A stretch of DNA of 64,000 bases from a virus (IMGVR_UViG_3300025928_000007:5114-69113), one strand, 5' to 3'. Shown: positions 18,699-28,127, counted from the stretch's first letter. The notes: generated by a model not told the origin, from the letters alone. Made by a program: numbers and translations.

Positions 18699-19036
18699 CG
18701 TACGAGGTACACCTAGCCGATGACTGGACCTTCGACGGCGTGAAGATTTGGGTGGGTGACCGTAGAGGGCATGATGTCGATGTCCTGCATTACGGCGGTC
18801 AGTTCGCCCTGGAGCGTCAGAGAGTTGACCCAGCCGCCAACGTGGAACCCACCATCATTATCCCGCGCGAAGCCGCCAGAGCACTCCTAGAGGCGCTCCT
18901 GCGGCATTACGACGGTGCCAGTGATCTGCACACTGTGCGGCAAGACCTACTGCATGAGCGGGACCGCAGGGGCAAGCTAGAGGATGCCATGACGGAGATA
19001 GCGGTCGAGCTAGCCACGAGGCGGGTGGTATCATGA
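18695..19036 (+). CDS. Hypothetical protein
   Basis: GTGA coupling. Confidence 0.65.
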   Translation: MTYEVHLADDWTFDGVKIWVGDRRGHDVDVLHYGGQFALERQRVDPAANVEPTIIIPREAARALLEALLRHYDGASDLHTVRQDLLHERDRRGKLEDAMTEIAVELATRRVVS

Positions 19037-19326
19037 GGGTACTGGTAGTAGATGGCCCATACAAGGGTCAGGTGCTAGACATAATGGGCACGACCTTTCA
19101 GGCGGTCCAGAATAGCCCGATGAGCATGACCAACTACCTTGACTTTCACATGAGTCCCGCTGAGCAGATGGCCGTGAACTTCGATGTGGTTACCTACCAC
19201 GTGCATCGGCTCCAGTTCCTGGATGAGACAATCGCAGTCGCGAGCACCGCACCAATCGAGCCGAAGTATGCGGACGTGAAGCGGGCGATACTAACCCGTA
19301 AGGCAAAGCAAGCAATCATGAAATGA
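19033..19326 (+). CDS. Hypothetical protein
   Basis: ATGA coupling; VVDGP..G motif common in small phage proteins. Confidence 0.65.
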   Translation: MRVLVVDGPYKGQVLDIMGTTFQAVQNSPMSMTNYLDFHMSPAEQMAVNFDVVTYHVHRLQFLDETIAVASTAPIEPKYADVKRAILTRKAKQAIMK

Positions 19327-19332
19327 GGACAT

Positions 19333-19728
19333 GTGGCACGCAGAGACCCAGAGCGAGGGCGTGACCGCCTAGAGCGGCTTATGACCGCCAAGCTCAAGGA
19401 AATCCGGCTTGGTGACCGCACCGTAGCTGAGGCATCCGGCCCGCAGCTTGTTGTCATTGGCGAAGGTCCGCAGCAGCAGTTGAAGCTCGGCTGGATTCTT
19501 TCCGTCTGGCTGGAGCATGAGAAGCTGATTGGCATGCCGCCGATCATCGCGGGCCTGCCGGTCTCGGAGATATACCCGGCTGATGCCCTGGTGGACATGA
19601 TCACGGCCAAGCTGCTCGACCAGGCTAGGACCGTCAGGGCACAGGCCGAGAACCCGCAGCCACCGGATGCGGCGGCGATGATGGCAGCGCTCCAGGCCCA
19701 GCAGGGGAATGGCCAAGCCTCGTCATGA
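19333..19728 (+). CDS. Hypothetical protein
   Basis: GAGG RBS, 131 aa. Confidence 0.65.
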   Translation: MARRDPERGRDRLERLMTAKLKEIRLGDRTVAEASGPQLVVIGEGPQQQLKLGWILSVWLEHEKLIGMPPIIAGLPVSEIYPADALVDMITAKLLDQARTVRAQAENPQPPDAAAMMAALQAQQGNGQASS

Positions 19729-20057
19729 CCCTCCCATTCGGCCCCGCCAGCAGCAGAACACGCGCACAATGGGCACTGCTGCATGCGGGGGTCGAGTTCC
19801 TTCCGCCGAAGGACCGGCGGATCATCTGGGAGCGTGCTGGGGGCTCGACTATTGAACTCCTGGCCAAGACATATGAATTGACGGAACTCGAAGTGGAGCG
19901 CTCGATTGGGCGCTCCGCTCGCACATTGGCCACCTGGGAGCGCAATGCCTGTAAGTGGGCAACGAGGTATGTAGCACGGGAACCGATGGCACTCGCGCCG
20001 GGAGCTTCCCCGGAACGCGAGGGCAGGAACCGTGATGTGGCCGTGGCGGAGACCTAG
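19725..20057 (+). CDS. Stand-alone sigma-70 region 4-like HTH protein
   Basis: LPPKDRRIIWERAGGSTIELLAKTYELTELEVERSIGRSARTL resembles sigma region 4. Confidence 0.6.
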   Translation: MTLPFGPASSRTRAQWALLHAGVEFLPPKDRRIIWERAGGSTIELLAKTYELTELEVERSIGRSARTLATWERNACKWATRYVAREPMALAPGASPEREGRNRDVAVAET

Positions 20058-20115
20058 AAAGATGAGGCACCCTAACCCGGGGCCTCCGCCTCCCCTAATG
20101 ACACCGGGAGGAAGA

Positions 20116-20349
20116 ATGGGAAAGCTAGCACCCAGCCGGGGCAAGGCAGCGCCCGCCGCTGAGAAGCTTCAGCCACTCAACGAGCACTGTGACCGTTGCG
20201 GTGTCAGCAAGATCGACGGCGGCAGGATCGCCATGGCCAAGTACGAGATCACGACTGACTCCGGTCCTATCTTCCTCTGTGCGCACCACTACTGGCTGCA
20301 CCGCTTCCATGTGATCAGCCGCCACTACCCGGTGAAGGTCGGGGGTTGA
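20116..20349 (+). CDS. Small zinc-binding protein (CDRCG...CAHH)
   Basis: Pattern common in actinobacteria and their phages; GGAGG RBS. Confidence 0.65.
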   Translation: MGKLAPSRGKAAPAAEKLQPLNEHCDRCGVSKIDGGRIAMAKYEITTDSGPIFLCAHHYWLHRFHVISRHYPVKVGG

Positions 20350-20375
20350 CACCCGTCCGGGCGAGGGTGTAAGCT
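20346..20375 (+). promoter_or_regulatory. SigA/HrdB-type promoter (leaderless transcript)
   Basis: TTGACA-N18-TAAGCT; ATG 6 nt downstream. Confidence 0.7.
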
Positions 20376-20381
20376 GTCTTC

Positions 20382-20534
20382 ATGCGCAAGTGGAAGTACG
20401 ACACCGCACATCCTGGCCGCCGCTGCGGTCACGACTACTGCTCCGCCTGCAAGACCCGGCGCGGTCGTAACCGTGGCAACCGCAACGCCCGCCGGATGGT
20501 GCGCCTTGAGCTACGGAGGCTGACCACCCGATGA
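20382..20534 (+). CDS. Small Arg-rich Cys/His protein (50 aa, not in ORF track)
   Basis: Leaderless ATG after promoter; MRKWKYDTAHPGRRCGHDYCSACKTRRGRNRGNRNARRMVRLELRRLTTR; ATGA coupling. Confidence 0.6.
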   Translation: MRKWKYDTAHPGRRCGHDYCSACKTRRGRNRGNRNARRMVRLELRRLTTR

Positions 20535-20875
20535 AGGCTGACGCACCACGCTGTACCAACCCGAAGTGCAACAAGCCGATGCTGAACAAGCGCAGCGATG
20601 CCAAGTTCTGCTCACCGGCCTGCCGTGCTGCGGTCAAGGCCGCCGAGAAGGCCGAAACACCTGATCTGTGGATCAGTTCGGCATGCCGCTACCCGTATCA
20701 GCAGCAGGCAGAGATAGCCGATGGTGACCGGTTGCACCGTCATCCCGCTAAGGGCAGGCGTCCCGACTGGTCGGGCTACTGTGTCCTGCCGGATCGGTGT
20801 GGCTGTGACACCGAGGGCTGCCATGGCGTCGGTGAGTTCGCGGAGCCACTGGAGCCCGTGGAGGCGATGGTATGA
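20531..20875 (+). CDS. Zinc-finger protein
   Basis: CTNPKC...FCSPACR plus a second Cys cluster. Confidence 0.65.
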   Translation: MKADAPRCTNPKCNKPMLNKRSDAKFCSPACRAAVKAAEKAETPDLWISSACRYPYQQQAEIADGDRLHRHPAKGRRPDWSGYCVLPDRCGCDTEGCHGVGEFAEPLEPVEAMV

Positions 20876-22599
20876 CGCTACCCGGCATGGTGGGGTTCGA
20901 CCTCGAAACGCAGAGCGCGAATGATCTGTGGACAGCCGGTGACGGCTTCATGCGGCTCGCTGGCTATACCAGTGGGGATGATGTGGCGATCACCACGGAC
21001 CCGCAGGAACTGATCAAGGTTCTGACGGACGCGGAGTGGATCTACGGCCACAACATCCTCGGCTTCGACCTTCTCGCGCTCGCGCACATATACGGTGCCG
21101 ACTGGAAGACGCTCAGCGCTAAGTCGCTGGACACGCTGATTCTCGACCGGCTGGACTTCCCGCCGAGGGCGAGAGACACGGGCGGCAGCGCGGACAAGTA
21201 TGACCTGGATCATGTGGCGGAACGCCGGGGGCTACCGGGCAAGACCGACAGCCTCGCTGAGCTAGCCAAGCAGCATGGTGGATATGGGGCTATCCCCGTG
21301 GACGATCCCGCATACCGTGCGTACCTGACCGGTGACGTGAACGCCATTCGCCGTCTGATCGATGTCCTGCCTAAGAATCCCTACGCCCGGCGTGAGCACC
21401 AGGTGGCATCCCTGGCTGGGCAGATGACCCTCAACGGTTTCCGGGTTGATCTCCCACTGCTGGCCCGGCGCATAACCGAAGGACAGAAGCGCAAGGGCCA
21501 GGCCCTGCGCATCCTTGCCGATGACTACAACCTTCCCCTGGGCCGGTTCGAATGGTCAGGCCGTGGCAAGGACAAGGAGGAAGTCTGGCTTGACTTCGAC
21601 AATCCGCTAGCCGCGCTAGAGGGCCGTCAGTGGCTCATCGAGGTCTACAATGCATACGGCATCGCCAACCCTCCGGTCACGGAGAAGGGACGCCTGGCCA
21701 CGTCTGCTGAGGCTCTTGAGGGCCTGGACTCAGACGCTAACCATCCGGACCTGCGCCGCATCATCGCACTGATGCAGATCGTCACGACGACCAGGACCGT
21801 GTATCAGACCGTGGAGGACCACCTGGCGGGAGACCGTGTTCACCCGAGCGTGAGCATGAGCCAGGCATCCGGCCGGTGGAGCGTCACCAACCCGGGCCTG
21901 ACCGTGTTCGGGAAGCGCGGGGAGCGCTGGCATGAGCGAGAGGTATTCCTGCCCGAGGAGGGCCACGTCATCATCACGTCCGACATGGCCCAGCTAGATA
22001 TGCGCGCCGTTGCCGCGCTCAGCCAGGACCCCAACTACATGGCCATGTGTGCACCGGGCAAGGACTTGCACACCGAGATAGCCATACAGGTCTTTGGTGA
22101 TGCGTCCTACCGTCAGGACGCCAAGGCAATTGGTCACGGCTACAACTACGGCCTCGGCGCTAACAAGATGATCGCCAACGGGTTCGACCCGGAGAAGGTG
22201 GACACCTTCTTCCGGCAGATGCAGCGCTCATACCCAAAGCTGGAGCAGTGGAAGTCTCAGGTTCGCGCCATTGGCTCGGCGGGGCAACTGCTGGACAACG
22301 GCTTCGGGCGCAGGATGCGATGCGAGCCACAGCGGGCGTATACCCAGGCACCGGCACTCATGGGTCAGGGCGCGGCCACCGATATCATGAAGGAAGCGCT
22401 TCTCCGCTTGCCGGATGAGTTCCGCCCATACCTGCGGCTGTACGTCCATGACGAGATCGTCATGAGCGTGCCGAAGGAGGATGCGGAGGAAATCGGCAGG
22501 GAAGTGCGCAAGGCGATGACCTTCGACTGGAAGGGCGTCCCGATCCTGTGTGACCAGTCCAAGCCAGGCGCGTCCTGGGGCGAGGTGAGTGCGAAGTGA
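20872..22599 (+). CDS. polA: Family A DNA polymerase with 3'-5' exonuclease domain
   Basis: Exo I FDLET, GHNILGFD; SGRWS; motif A DMAQLDMR; motif B RQDAKAIGHGYNYG; motif C VHDE. Confidence 0.92.
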   Translation: MTLPGMVGFDLETQSANDLWTAGDGFMRLAGYTSGDDVAITTDPQELIKVLTDAEWIYGHNILGFDLLALAHIYGADWKTLSAKSLDTLILDRLDFPPRARDTGGSADKYDLDHVAERRGLPGKTDSLAELAKQHGGYGAIPVDDPAYRAYLTGDVNAIRRLIDVLPKNPYARREHQVASLAGQMTLNGFRVDLPLLARRITEGQKRKGQALRILADDYNLPLGRFEWSGRGKDKEEVWLDFDNPLAALEGRQWLIEVYNAYGIANPPVTEKGRLATSAEALEGLDSDANHPDLRRIIALMQIVTTTRTVYQTVEDHLAGDRVHPSVSMSQASGRWSVTNPGLTVFGKRGERWHEREVFLPEEGHVIITSDMAQLDMRAVAALSQDPNYMAMCAPGKDLHTEIAIQVFGDASYRQDAKAIGHGYNYGLGANKMIANGFDPEKVDTFFRQMQRSYPKLEQWKSQVRAIGSAGQLLDNGFGRRMRCEPQRAYTQAPALMGQGAATDIMKEALLRLPDEFRPYLRLYVHDEIVMSVPKEDAEEIGREVRKAMTFDWKGVPILCDQSKPGASWGEVSAK

Positions 22600-23198
22600 G
22601 CGACCTCCTGATAGGGCTTGACCTGGATGGTGTGTGCTACAAGTGGGACGAGACTGCCCGCTACATGCTGCGCCAGAGGATCATGGCCAAGGGCGCTAAT
22701 CCACCAGCGGAATTGTTCTTTCCCTCTCAAACCTACAATTCCATCCAGGAGATTGTTAGTCCCGGCGACTGGAAGTGGTTGTGGACCGGCGCGATCAGCG
22801 AGGGGCTGTACCGCTATGGCCATGTGGTCAATGGAGCCATCGAGGGCGTGCGGGAGCTTAACCTCCTGGGCGACGTTGTGGTGATAACACACAGGCCCCA
22901 GGCTGCCGTCCACGACACCCTCGCATGGCTCACCTTCATGTTCGACAAGGCACCATTGACTGGGGTGGTGATCCAGTCCAATGGCCAGGGCAAGAGCGCG
23001 GTCACGCCAACGCCCGACATCTACATAGACGACATGCCACATGTGGCCAACGACATCCTCCTAAACACGGCAAGCCAGATGGTTCTATTCGACCAGCCAT
23101 GGAACCAGGGATTCGAACCTAGCGCGCGGCTTGTCCGCGCGAAGGGCTGGCGTGACGTGGTAACGGCAGTCGAGTACGCACGAAAGGGGCACCGATGA
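22596..23198 (+). CDS. HAD-family 5'(3')-deoxyribonucleotidase
   Basis: GLDLDGV, ITHR, IYIDD, FDQPWN. Confidence 0.85.
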   Translation: MSDLLIGLDLDGVCYKWDETARYMLRQRIMAKGANPPAELFFPSQTYNSIQEIVSPGDWKWLWTGAISEGLYRYGHVVNGAIEGVRELNLLGDVVVITHRPQAAVHDTLAWLTFMFDKAPLTGVVIQSNGQGKSAVTPTPDIYIDDMPHVANDILLNTASQMVLFDQPWNQGFEPSARLVRAKGWRDVVTAVEYARKGHR

Positions 23199-23593
23199 GG
23201 CAATTCGAGGGCGGGGCAACCCGCGATAACGACACGGACAAGCTGGACTACGAGGGCTTTCTGTCTCCTGTAGTGCTGGAGCGCTACGCGCGCTACATGC
23301 ACAAGAACCGTCAGACCGCCGATGGCCTGCGGGACTCCGACAACTGGCAGGACGGCATCCCGAAGTCCGTCTACATCAAGTCCGCCTGGCGGCACTTCAT
23401 GGACCTGTGGCTGCACCACCGTGGCCAGGGCCACAAGGCTCGCGAGAACCTCGAAGATGCGCTCTGTGGCGTGCTGTTCAACGTGATGGGCTACCTGTTC
23501 GAGGTATTGCGGGAGCCAGAGGTTCAGCCACCGAAGGACATGGGCTGGATGATGCGTTACCTGCACCGCCGCTATGGGCCACCGGAGGGGTAA
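23195..23593 (+). CDS. dATP/dGTP diphosphohydrolase-like protein (DUF5664-like)
   Basis: FEGGATRD..K.DYEG, DNWQDGIP...SAWRH, LCGVLFN. Confidence 0.75.
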   Translation: MRQFEGGATRDNDTDKLDYEGFLSPVVLERYARYMHKNRQTADGLRDSDNWQDGIPKSVYIKSAWRHFMDLWLHHRGQGHKARENLEDALCGVLFNVMGYLFEVLREPEVQPPKDMGWMMRYLHRRYGPPEG

Positions 23594-23913
23594 TGTCGCC
23601 GGATAACGAATCACCAGGCCATGACTGGAACATGCCGCATGACGTTCGCAAGATCGAGGCGCACACCGATGGATGCCCGCCGAACTGCCCCTACCGGCGC
23701 TGGGTGGAAGCACAGCCGCAGCCGGTACCGGTGACGCGCCCGGGTGAGTACATCTACCGGGTGACCCTGAAGTACGCACCCCGGAAGGTGCGGGTTGGCG
23801 GTTCTCGCCAGCTAGCAGCGCTCAAGGGTGCTCACCGTATTCATGGTGGCATCGAGAAGGTGGAACGGGTTAGGGTGGAGGACTGGGAAGATGTCACTAG
23901 CCAGCACGTGTAG
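23593..23913 (+). CDS. Hypothetical protein
   Basis: TAATG coupling, GGAGG RBS. Confidence 0.6.
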   Translation: MSPDNESPGHDWNMPHDVRKIEAHTDGCPPNCPYRRWVEAQPQPVPVTRPGEYIYRVTLKYAPRKVRVGGSRQLAALKGAHRIHGGIEKVERVRVEDWEDVTSQHV

Positions 23914-24079
23914 ACGCATCTGGCGCGCACGCTGCCGTGTGGGACTGCGCCGTCACTGGTACGGGCTGGTGATCGACAAGGCACGGCTCCTGTCCGTGGA
24001 TCTGCGAACCATGTCCTGGATGGGCGAAATCGAGGCATCACATCGAGCCTGCATGTATTGCGGGAAGCCCGCAAAGTGA
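23891..24079 (+). CDS. Small Cys/His protein
   Basis: C..G.R.HW...CMYCG. Confidence 0.45.
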   Translation: MSLASTCRRIWRARCRVGLRRHWYGLVIDKARLLSVDLRTMSWMGEIEASHRACMYCGKPAK

Positions 24080-24227
24080 TCACACGGCCATGCGGCTGCC
24101 AGTGGCGGCTATTCGAGATTCATAAGACAGACGTGTTTGGCGATGTGCTAAGCTGGTTGTCATTCCGGCAGATCACATGGTGTAACAATCATCGATACAT
24201 GGAACTGTGGAGACGGAGAAGGATTAC

Positions 24228-26306
24228 ATGAAGGACTGGGCGGCAATCAGGGCAGCACAAAACGAGGCACGAGAGAGGGATGACGAGTTTTCGTTTCTGA
24301 GCTTCAGGTTGCCGGATCGGTTCCTCGATTCCTACCGCACCCAGCAACCCGACTGGGGCTACCCTATCGGCGCGGGCAACACCCTTGGCGAGTGGGTCTG
24401 GCTGACCCGCTACAGTCGCCTGAAGGCTGACGGCACCAAGGAACGGTTCTGGGAGGGTCTGCGCCGGGTGATCGAAGGTATGTACTCGATCCAGAAGGAT
24501 CACGCCCTGCGCCATCGTCTCCCATGGAATGAGTGGACCGCACAGAAGTCCGCCGAGGAAGCCTATGCACGCGCATTCGCGGGCAAGTGGTCACCACCGG
24601 GCCGTGGCTTCTGGATGATGGGCACCGAGTTCGTCAACGGGCGCAATGATTCGAGCGCGTTGCAGAACTGCGCCTTCTTGTCCACCGCCCACATTGCCGA
24701 GGACAGCGATCTTCCGTCCGCCCCGTTCACCAAGCTGATGAACATGTCCATGCTCGGCATCGGCGTAGGCTTCGACGTGCTCGGCGCTGGCAAGGTAGAG
24801 CTTCACGATCCCAAGCCGCATGCGGGGCGGTCCTGGAAGATCGAGGACAGCCGTGAGGGCTGGTGTTCGTCGGTGGACCGTCTCCTGATGAGCTTCTTCG
24901 AGCCGAACCGTATCCTGCCTGACTTCGACTACTCAGCGATCCGCAGAGCCGGTAGCCCGATCAGGGGGTTCGGGGGTACCAGTGCTGGCCCAAAGCCGCT
25001 TAGGAGGCTGCACAGCCAGCTACAGAGGCTACTGAGCGGGCGTGCCGGGCAGACACTGTCCAGCACCGACATCGTGGACATCATGAACTTGATCGGCAAG
25101 TGCGTCATCGCCGCGAACGTGCGCAGCAGCGCCGAAATCGCACTGGGCTATGCGGACGATCAGGCATTCCTGGACCTGAAGAACTGGGAAGTCAACCCGG
25201 AGCGCATGGGACCGAACGGCTGGGGCTATACGTCGAACAACTCCGTCATTGCCCGCCCGGGTGAGGATTTGAGCCACCTGGCGGGGCTAATGGCCGCCAA
25301 TGGAGAACCCGGAGTTGTCTGGCTGGATGTGGCGCGAACACGGGGGCGGCTCGCAGATCCCCCTAACAACAAGGACCGTCGCGTCATGGGCACCAACCCC
25401 TGTGGTGAGCAGCCACTGGAGGACAACGAACTCTGCACCCTGGTCGAAACCTACCCGACCCGGTGTGACTCAAAGGCCGACTACCTCCGGACGCTGAAGT
25501 TCGCCTACCTCTATGGCAAGTCCGTCACGCTCCTGATGACCCGGTTCCCTCAGACGAATGAGGTCATGATCCGCAATCGCAGGATCGGCACGAGTATGAC
25601 CGGTATCGCATCGTTCGTGGAACAGCATGGGTGGTCCACCCTACGGGAATGGCAGGATGAGGGCTACCGGGTGATCCGTAACTGGGACGAGGTCTACTCC
25701 GAATGGCTGGGTGTGCGCGAGTCCGTGCGCGTGACCACGGTCAAGCCGAGCGGTACCGTCAGTGTGATGTTCGGCGTTACCCCCGGCGCTCACTGGCCGA
25801 CGAATGCGGGTGCTTTCATGAGGACGGTGCGGGAATCCGTGCACAGTCCCATGGTGGATGTGATGCGTATCGCCGGATACAGGGTTGAACCCAGCGTGTC
25901 CAACCCGGAGACGACCATGGTGATCTATCTTCCGGTCGAAGGCCCGGATGTCCGTCCGCAGGCCGATGTCTCGGTCTGGGAGAAGGCAGCCCTCGCCGCG
26001 CACTGCCAGCGGTACTGGTCGGATAATTCGGTTTCAGTCACTCTGACCTTTAACCCAGAAACGGAGTCCAGCCAGATCGGTTCCATCCTGCGCGCATTCG
26101 ATGGCCAGCTAAAGAGTGCGTCATTCCTGCCAGCGGTCGAGGGTGTCTATGAGCAGGCTCCGGAGCAGCGGGTGTCCATGGACGAGTGGGAGGCCGCACG
26201 CCGGGATGTGACCCCGATAGCATGGGACCTGCTATATGATAGCGGTATGGCACCCGACGCCGCAGGAGAGAAGTATTGTTCGACCGACGTATGTGAGGTG
26301 AAGTAG
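24228..26306 (+). CDS. nrdJ: Class II adenosylcobalamin-dependent ribonucleotide reductase
   Basis: SPPGRG, ALQNC, GVGF, TNPCGEQ, TVKPSGT, C-terminal CSTDVC; ATG 24228 has RBS and ATGA coupling to a 51-aa ORF (24076-24231). Confidence 0.93.
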   Translation: MKDWAAIRAAQNEARERDDEFSFLSFRLPDRFLDSYRTQQPDWGYPIGAGNTLGEWVWLTRYSRLKADGTKERFWEGLRRVIEGMYSIQKDHALRHRLPWNEWTAQKSAEEAYARAFAGKWSPPGRGFWMMGTEFVNGRNDSSALQNCAFLSTAHIAEDSDLPSAPFTKLMNMSMLGIGVGFDVLGAGKVELHDPKPHAGRSWKIEDSREGWCSSVDRLLMSFFEPNRILPDFDYSAIRRAGSPIRGFGGTSAGPKPLRRLHSQLQRLLSGRAGQTLSSTDIVDIMNLIGKCVIAANVRSSAEIALGYADDQAFLDLKNWEVNPERMGPNGWGYTSNNSVIARPGEDLSHLAGLMAANGEPGVVWLDVARTRGRLADPPNNKDRRVMGTNPCGEQPLEDNELCTLVETYPTRCDSKADYLRTLKFAYLYGKSVTLLMTRFPQTNEVMIRNRRIGTSMTGIASFVEQHGWSTLREWQDEGYRVIRNWDEVYSEWLGVRESVRVTTVKPSGTVSVMFGVTPGAHWPTNAGAFMRTVRESVHSPMVDVMRIAGYRVEPSVSNPETTMVIYLPVEGPDVRPQADVSVWEKAALAAHCQRYWSDNSVSVTLTFNPETESSQIGSILRAFDGQLKSASFLPAVEGVYEQAPEQRVSMDEWEAARRDVTPIAWDLLYDSGMAPDAAGEKYCSTDVCEVK

Positions 26307-26548
26307 TGCTGACCGCGAGAGAAATAGTGTTCCTGCTAGGCAAGGCTAGCTGGGAGTATGACTGGGATATGGGCATGCACATTCCGTGCTGCTCGGGCTG
26401 GAAGGTTGGCCCCACAGGGAATGTCATTCGCTGTAGCAATGGCCCCCTGAACCAGTCCCAGTTCACGGATGGCCTCTGCGACGAGAGTCCGCACGTTCAC
26501 CCAGCCTCCATCACCCCACGGGTTGACGCCCGGTCAAGACAATGCTAA
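26306..26548 (+). CDS. Small Cys-rich protein
   Basis: Overlaps nrdJ stop. Confidence 0.5.
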   Translation: MLTAREIVFLLGKASWEYDWDMGMHIPCCSGWKVGPTGNVIRCSNGPLNQSQFTDGLCDESPHVHPASITPRVDARSRQC

Positions 26549-26551
26549 GCT
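26523..26551 (+). promoter_or_regulatory. SigA/HrdB-type promoter
   Basis: TTGACG-N17-TAAGCT with extended TGn. Confidence 0.65.
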
Positions 26552-26582
26552 GCCTCTGACAGCACGACCATGAGAGGATGAC

Positions 26583-26762
26583 ATGAGCTTCACTACAGGT
26601 AACACCGAGTACCGCAAGATTTGTGATCACTGTGGCAACGCCCAGGGGCGCACCCGGGATGACGCTGGCCCCACGATCCAGGCCCAGTGCAGCAACTGCG
26701 GCGGCACGATCACAATGAACCGGATCGGTTCCGGCCCGATCACCGTGCAGGGGCGACTATGA
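26583..26762 (+). CDS. Small zinc-ribbon protein (59 aa, not in ORF track)
   Basis: GAGG RBS; CDHC...CSNC; ATGA coupling. Confidence 0.6.
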   Translation: MSFTTGNTEYRKICDHCGNAQGRTRDDAGPTIQAQCSNCGGTITMNRIGSGPITVQGRL

Positions 26763-27310
26763 CCGGCACGACCAAGAGGATCGATCCCAACCGCACATGC
26801 TCCGAGTGTGGCGGGCCGATCACCGTCAAGAACGAGACGGGTATCTGCACCCGGAACCAGGCATGCCGGTCAGCGCTCCAGCGCAGGATGACCGGGGGAG
26901 CACAGAACGGGGCGAACAACGGCAGACCGGAAAACAGCAAGTACCTGCTGCCGCCCGCATACGAACTGTGCTGGGGCCAGCTTGACGAGGTGTGTGATGA
27001 GTTCGGCTACGCGCTGGACGAGAACGACAACAAGATCGAGATCATCGATGAGATCGCCATAGACATTGCCGTCCGGGGTGACCGGCGCGTCGGGCTCACC
27101 GAGCGCGAGCGCGTGGAGGTCATCAGGCGCATGATCGCCGGTGCCTGGTCTCCGACCGAAATGGCACACCACTGTGGTACCATCGTTCCACGGATCGAGC
27201 CCATCCTGAGGGCTCTCGGCTACGAGGTCGTGGAGTACAAGGACCAGGGACCGCACCGCAACAAGAGTTCGAAGGCGAAGGCCCTTCGCAGGATCAAGGA
27301 GACTGTCTGA
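26759..27310 (+). CDS. Zinc-finger plus HTH DNA-binding protein
   Basis: CSECG...C...C; DEIAI...LTERERVEVIRRM...SPTEMAHHCG HTH-like C-terminus. Confidence 0.6.
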   Translation: MTGTTKRIDPNRTCSECGGPITVKNETGICTRNQACRSALQRRMTGGAQNGANNGRPENSKYLLPPAYELCWGQLDEVCDEFGYALDENDNKIEIIDEIAIDIAVRGDRRVGLTERERVEVIRRMIAGAWSPTEMAHHCGTIVPRIEPILRALGYEVVEYKDQGPHRNKSSKAKALRRIKETV

Positions 27311-27501
27311 TGGCTAGCGGAACACGCCAGGGTGCGCACGGGAGCACCAGGCGCAACGGCCTGCCGCGAGTGCACTCGATGGAGGGCGTGCAGGCGAGGT
27401 TCGTCCAGCGCCGCGCCCATGTACCGACGACCGCCGACAAGTTCCGGGGTGGCTTCAAGGTTCCGGGCAGCCGCAACCTGAGGAAGGTCGGCCGGGGATG
27501 A
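27310..27501 (+). CDS. Small basic protein
   Basis: TGATG coupling, AGGAG RBS. Confidence 0.6.
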   Translation: MASGTRQGAHGSTRRNGLPRVHSMEGVQARFVQRRAHVPTTADKFRGGFKVPGSRNLRKVGRG

Positions 27502-27621
27502 GCACGTGGCTGTTCCGGATCATGCTGGACACCGTGCTCGTGTTCATCGCTGTCCTATTCTTCATCGCCATCTACATGATCCTCCGGATCAACCCCACCG
27601 ACGTTTACGCAGGAGGCTGAC

Positions 27622-27861
27622 ATGCCTGACCCACAGTACAAGTCGATGATCGAGACCGCGCTACTCAACGTGCTGTATCGCACCCTGCGGCCCGGCGAGA
27701 GGCTGAACACCGGCCACCCGGGGTCCAAGTCACACCGCAAGGCCATGGGCAGCGCCAAGCAGCGCCGCCGTGACCTGCGGATTCGACAGAGGTCCGCCCT
27801 AGCTGGTAGAGTAGCTACGGTACGAGCACATGACCCAATGATCACGGAGGACGAGGCGTGA
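27622..27861 (+). CDS. Hypothetical protein
   Basis: AGGAGG RBS. Confidence 0.6.
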   Translation: MPDPQYKSMIETALLNVLYRTLRPGERLNTGHPGSKSHRKAMGSAKQRRRDLRIRQRSALAGRVATVRAHDPMITEDEA

Positions 27862-28127
27862 AGACCGGCGGCAGGCAGCAGGGCATCCACAGGCTGCACA
27901 AGGGCGACCATGTGTACCAGCGCATGAACCCGCAGCACCGGGGTACGGTCACGAAGATCGACACCCTGAGCTTCACGGTGGCCTATGACGGCCCGAGGGT
28001 TCTGGGGGAGCGGGTACGCTACACGTACCCGATCAGCCGGATGGATGACTTCCTGGTTGGAACACCTCACCCGGACCTACTGATCTGGGACAAGGAACTG
28101 AGCGAGCCCCGCGATGGCACTGACTGA
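27858..28127 (+). CDS. Hypothetical protein (SH3-like barrel pattern)
   Basis: KGDHVY...GTVTKID...VAYD; GTGA coupling. Confidence 0.6.
   Translation: MKTGGRQQGIHRLHKGDHVYQRMNPQHRGTVTKIDTLSFTVAYDGPRVLGERVRYTYPISRMDDFLVGTPHPDLLIWDKELSEPRDGTD

Noticed and set aside
23195-23593. 2-aminoadenine (Z) or other modified-base genome suggested by the dNTP pyrophosphohydrolase
   Set aside because: No PurZ, queuosine-pathway, glycosyltransferase or methylase gene recognised in the window
20872-26306. Inteins or introns in polA or nrdJ
   Set aside because: ORFs are continuous, of normal or short length, with no splicing motifs
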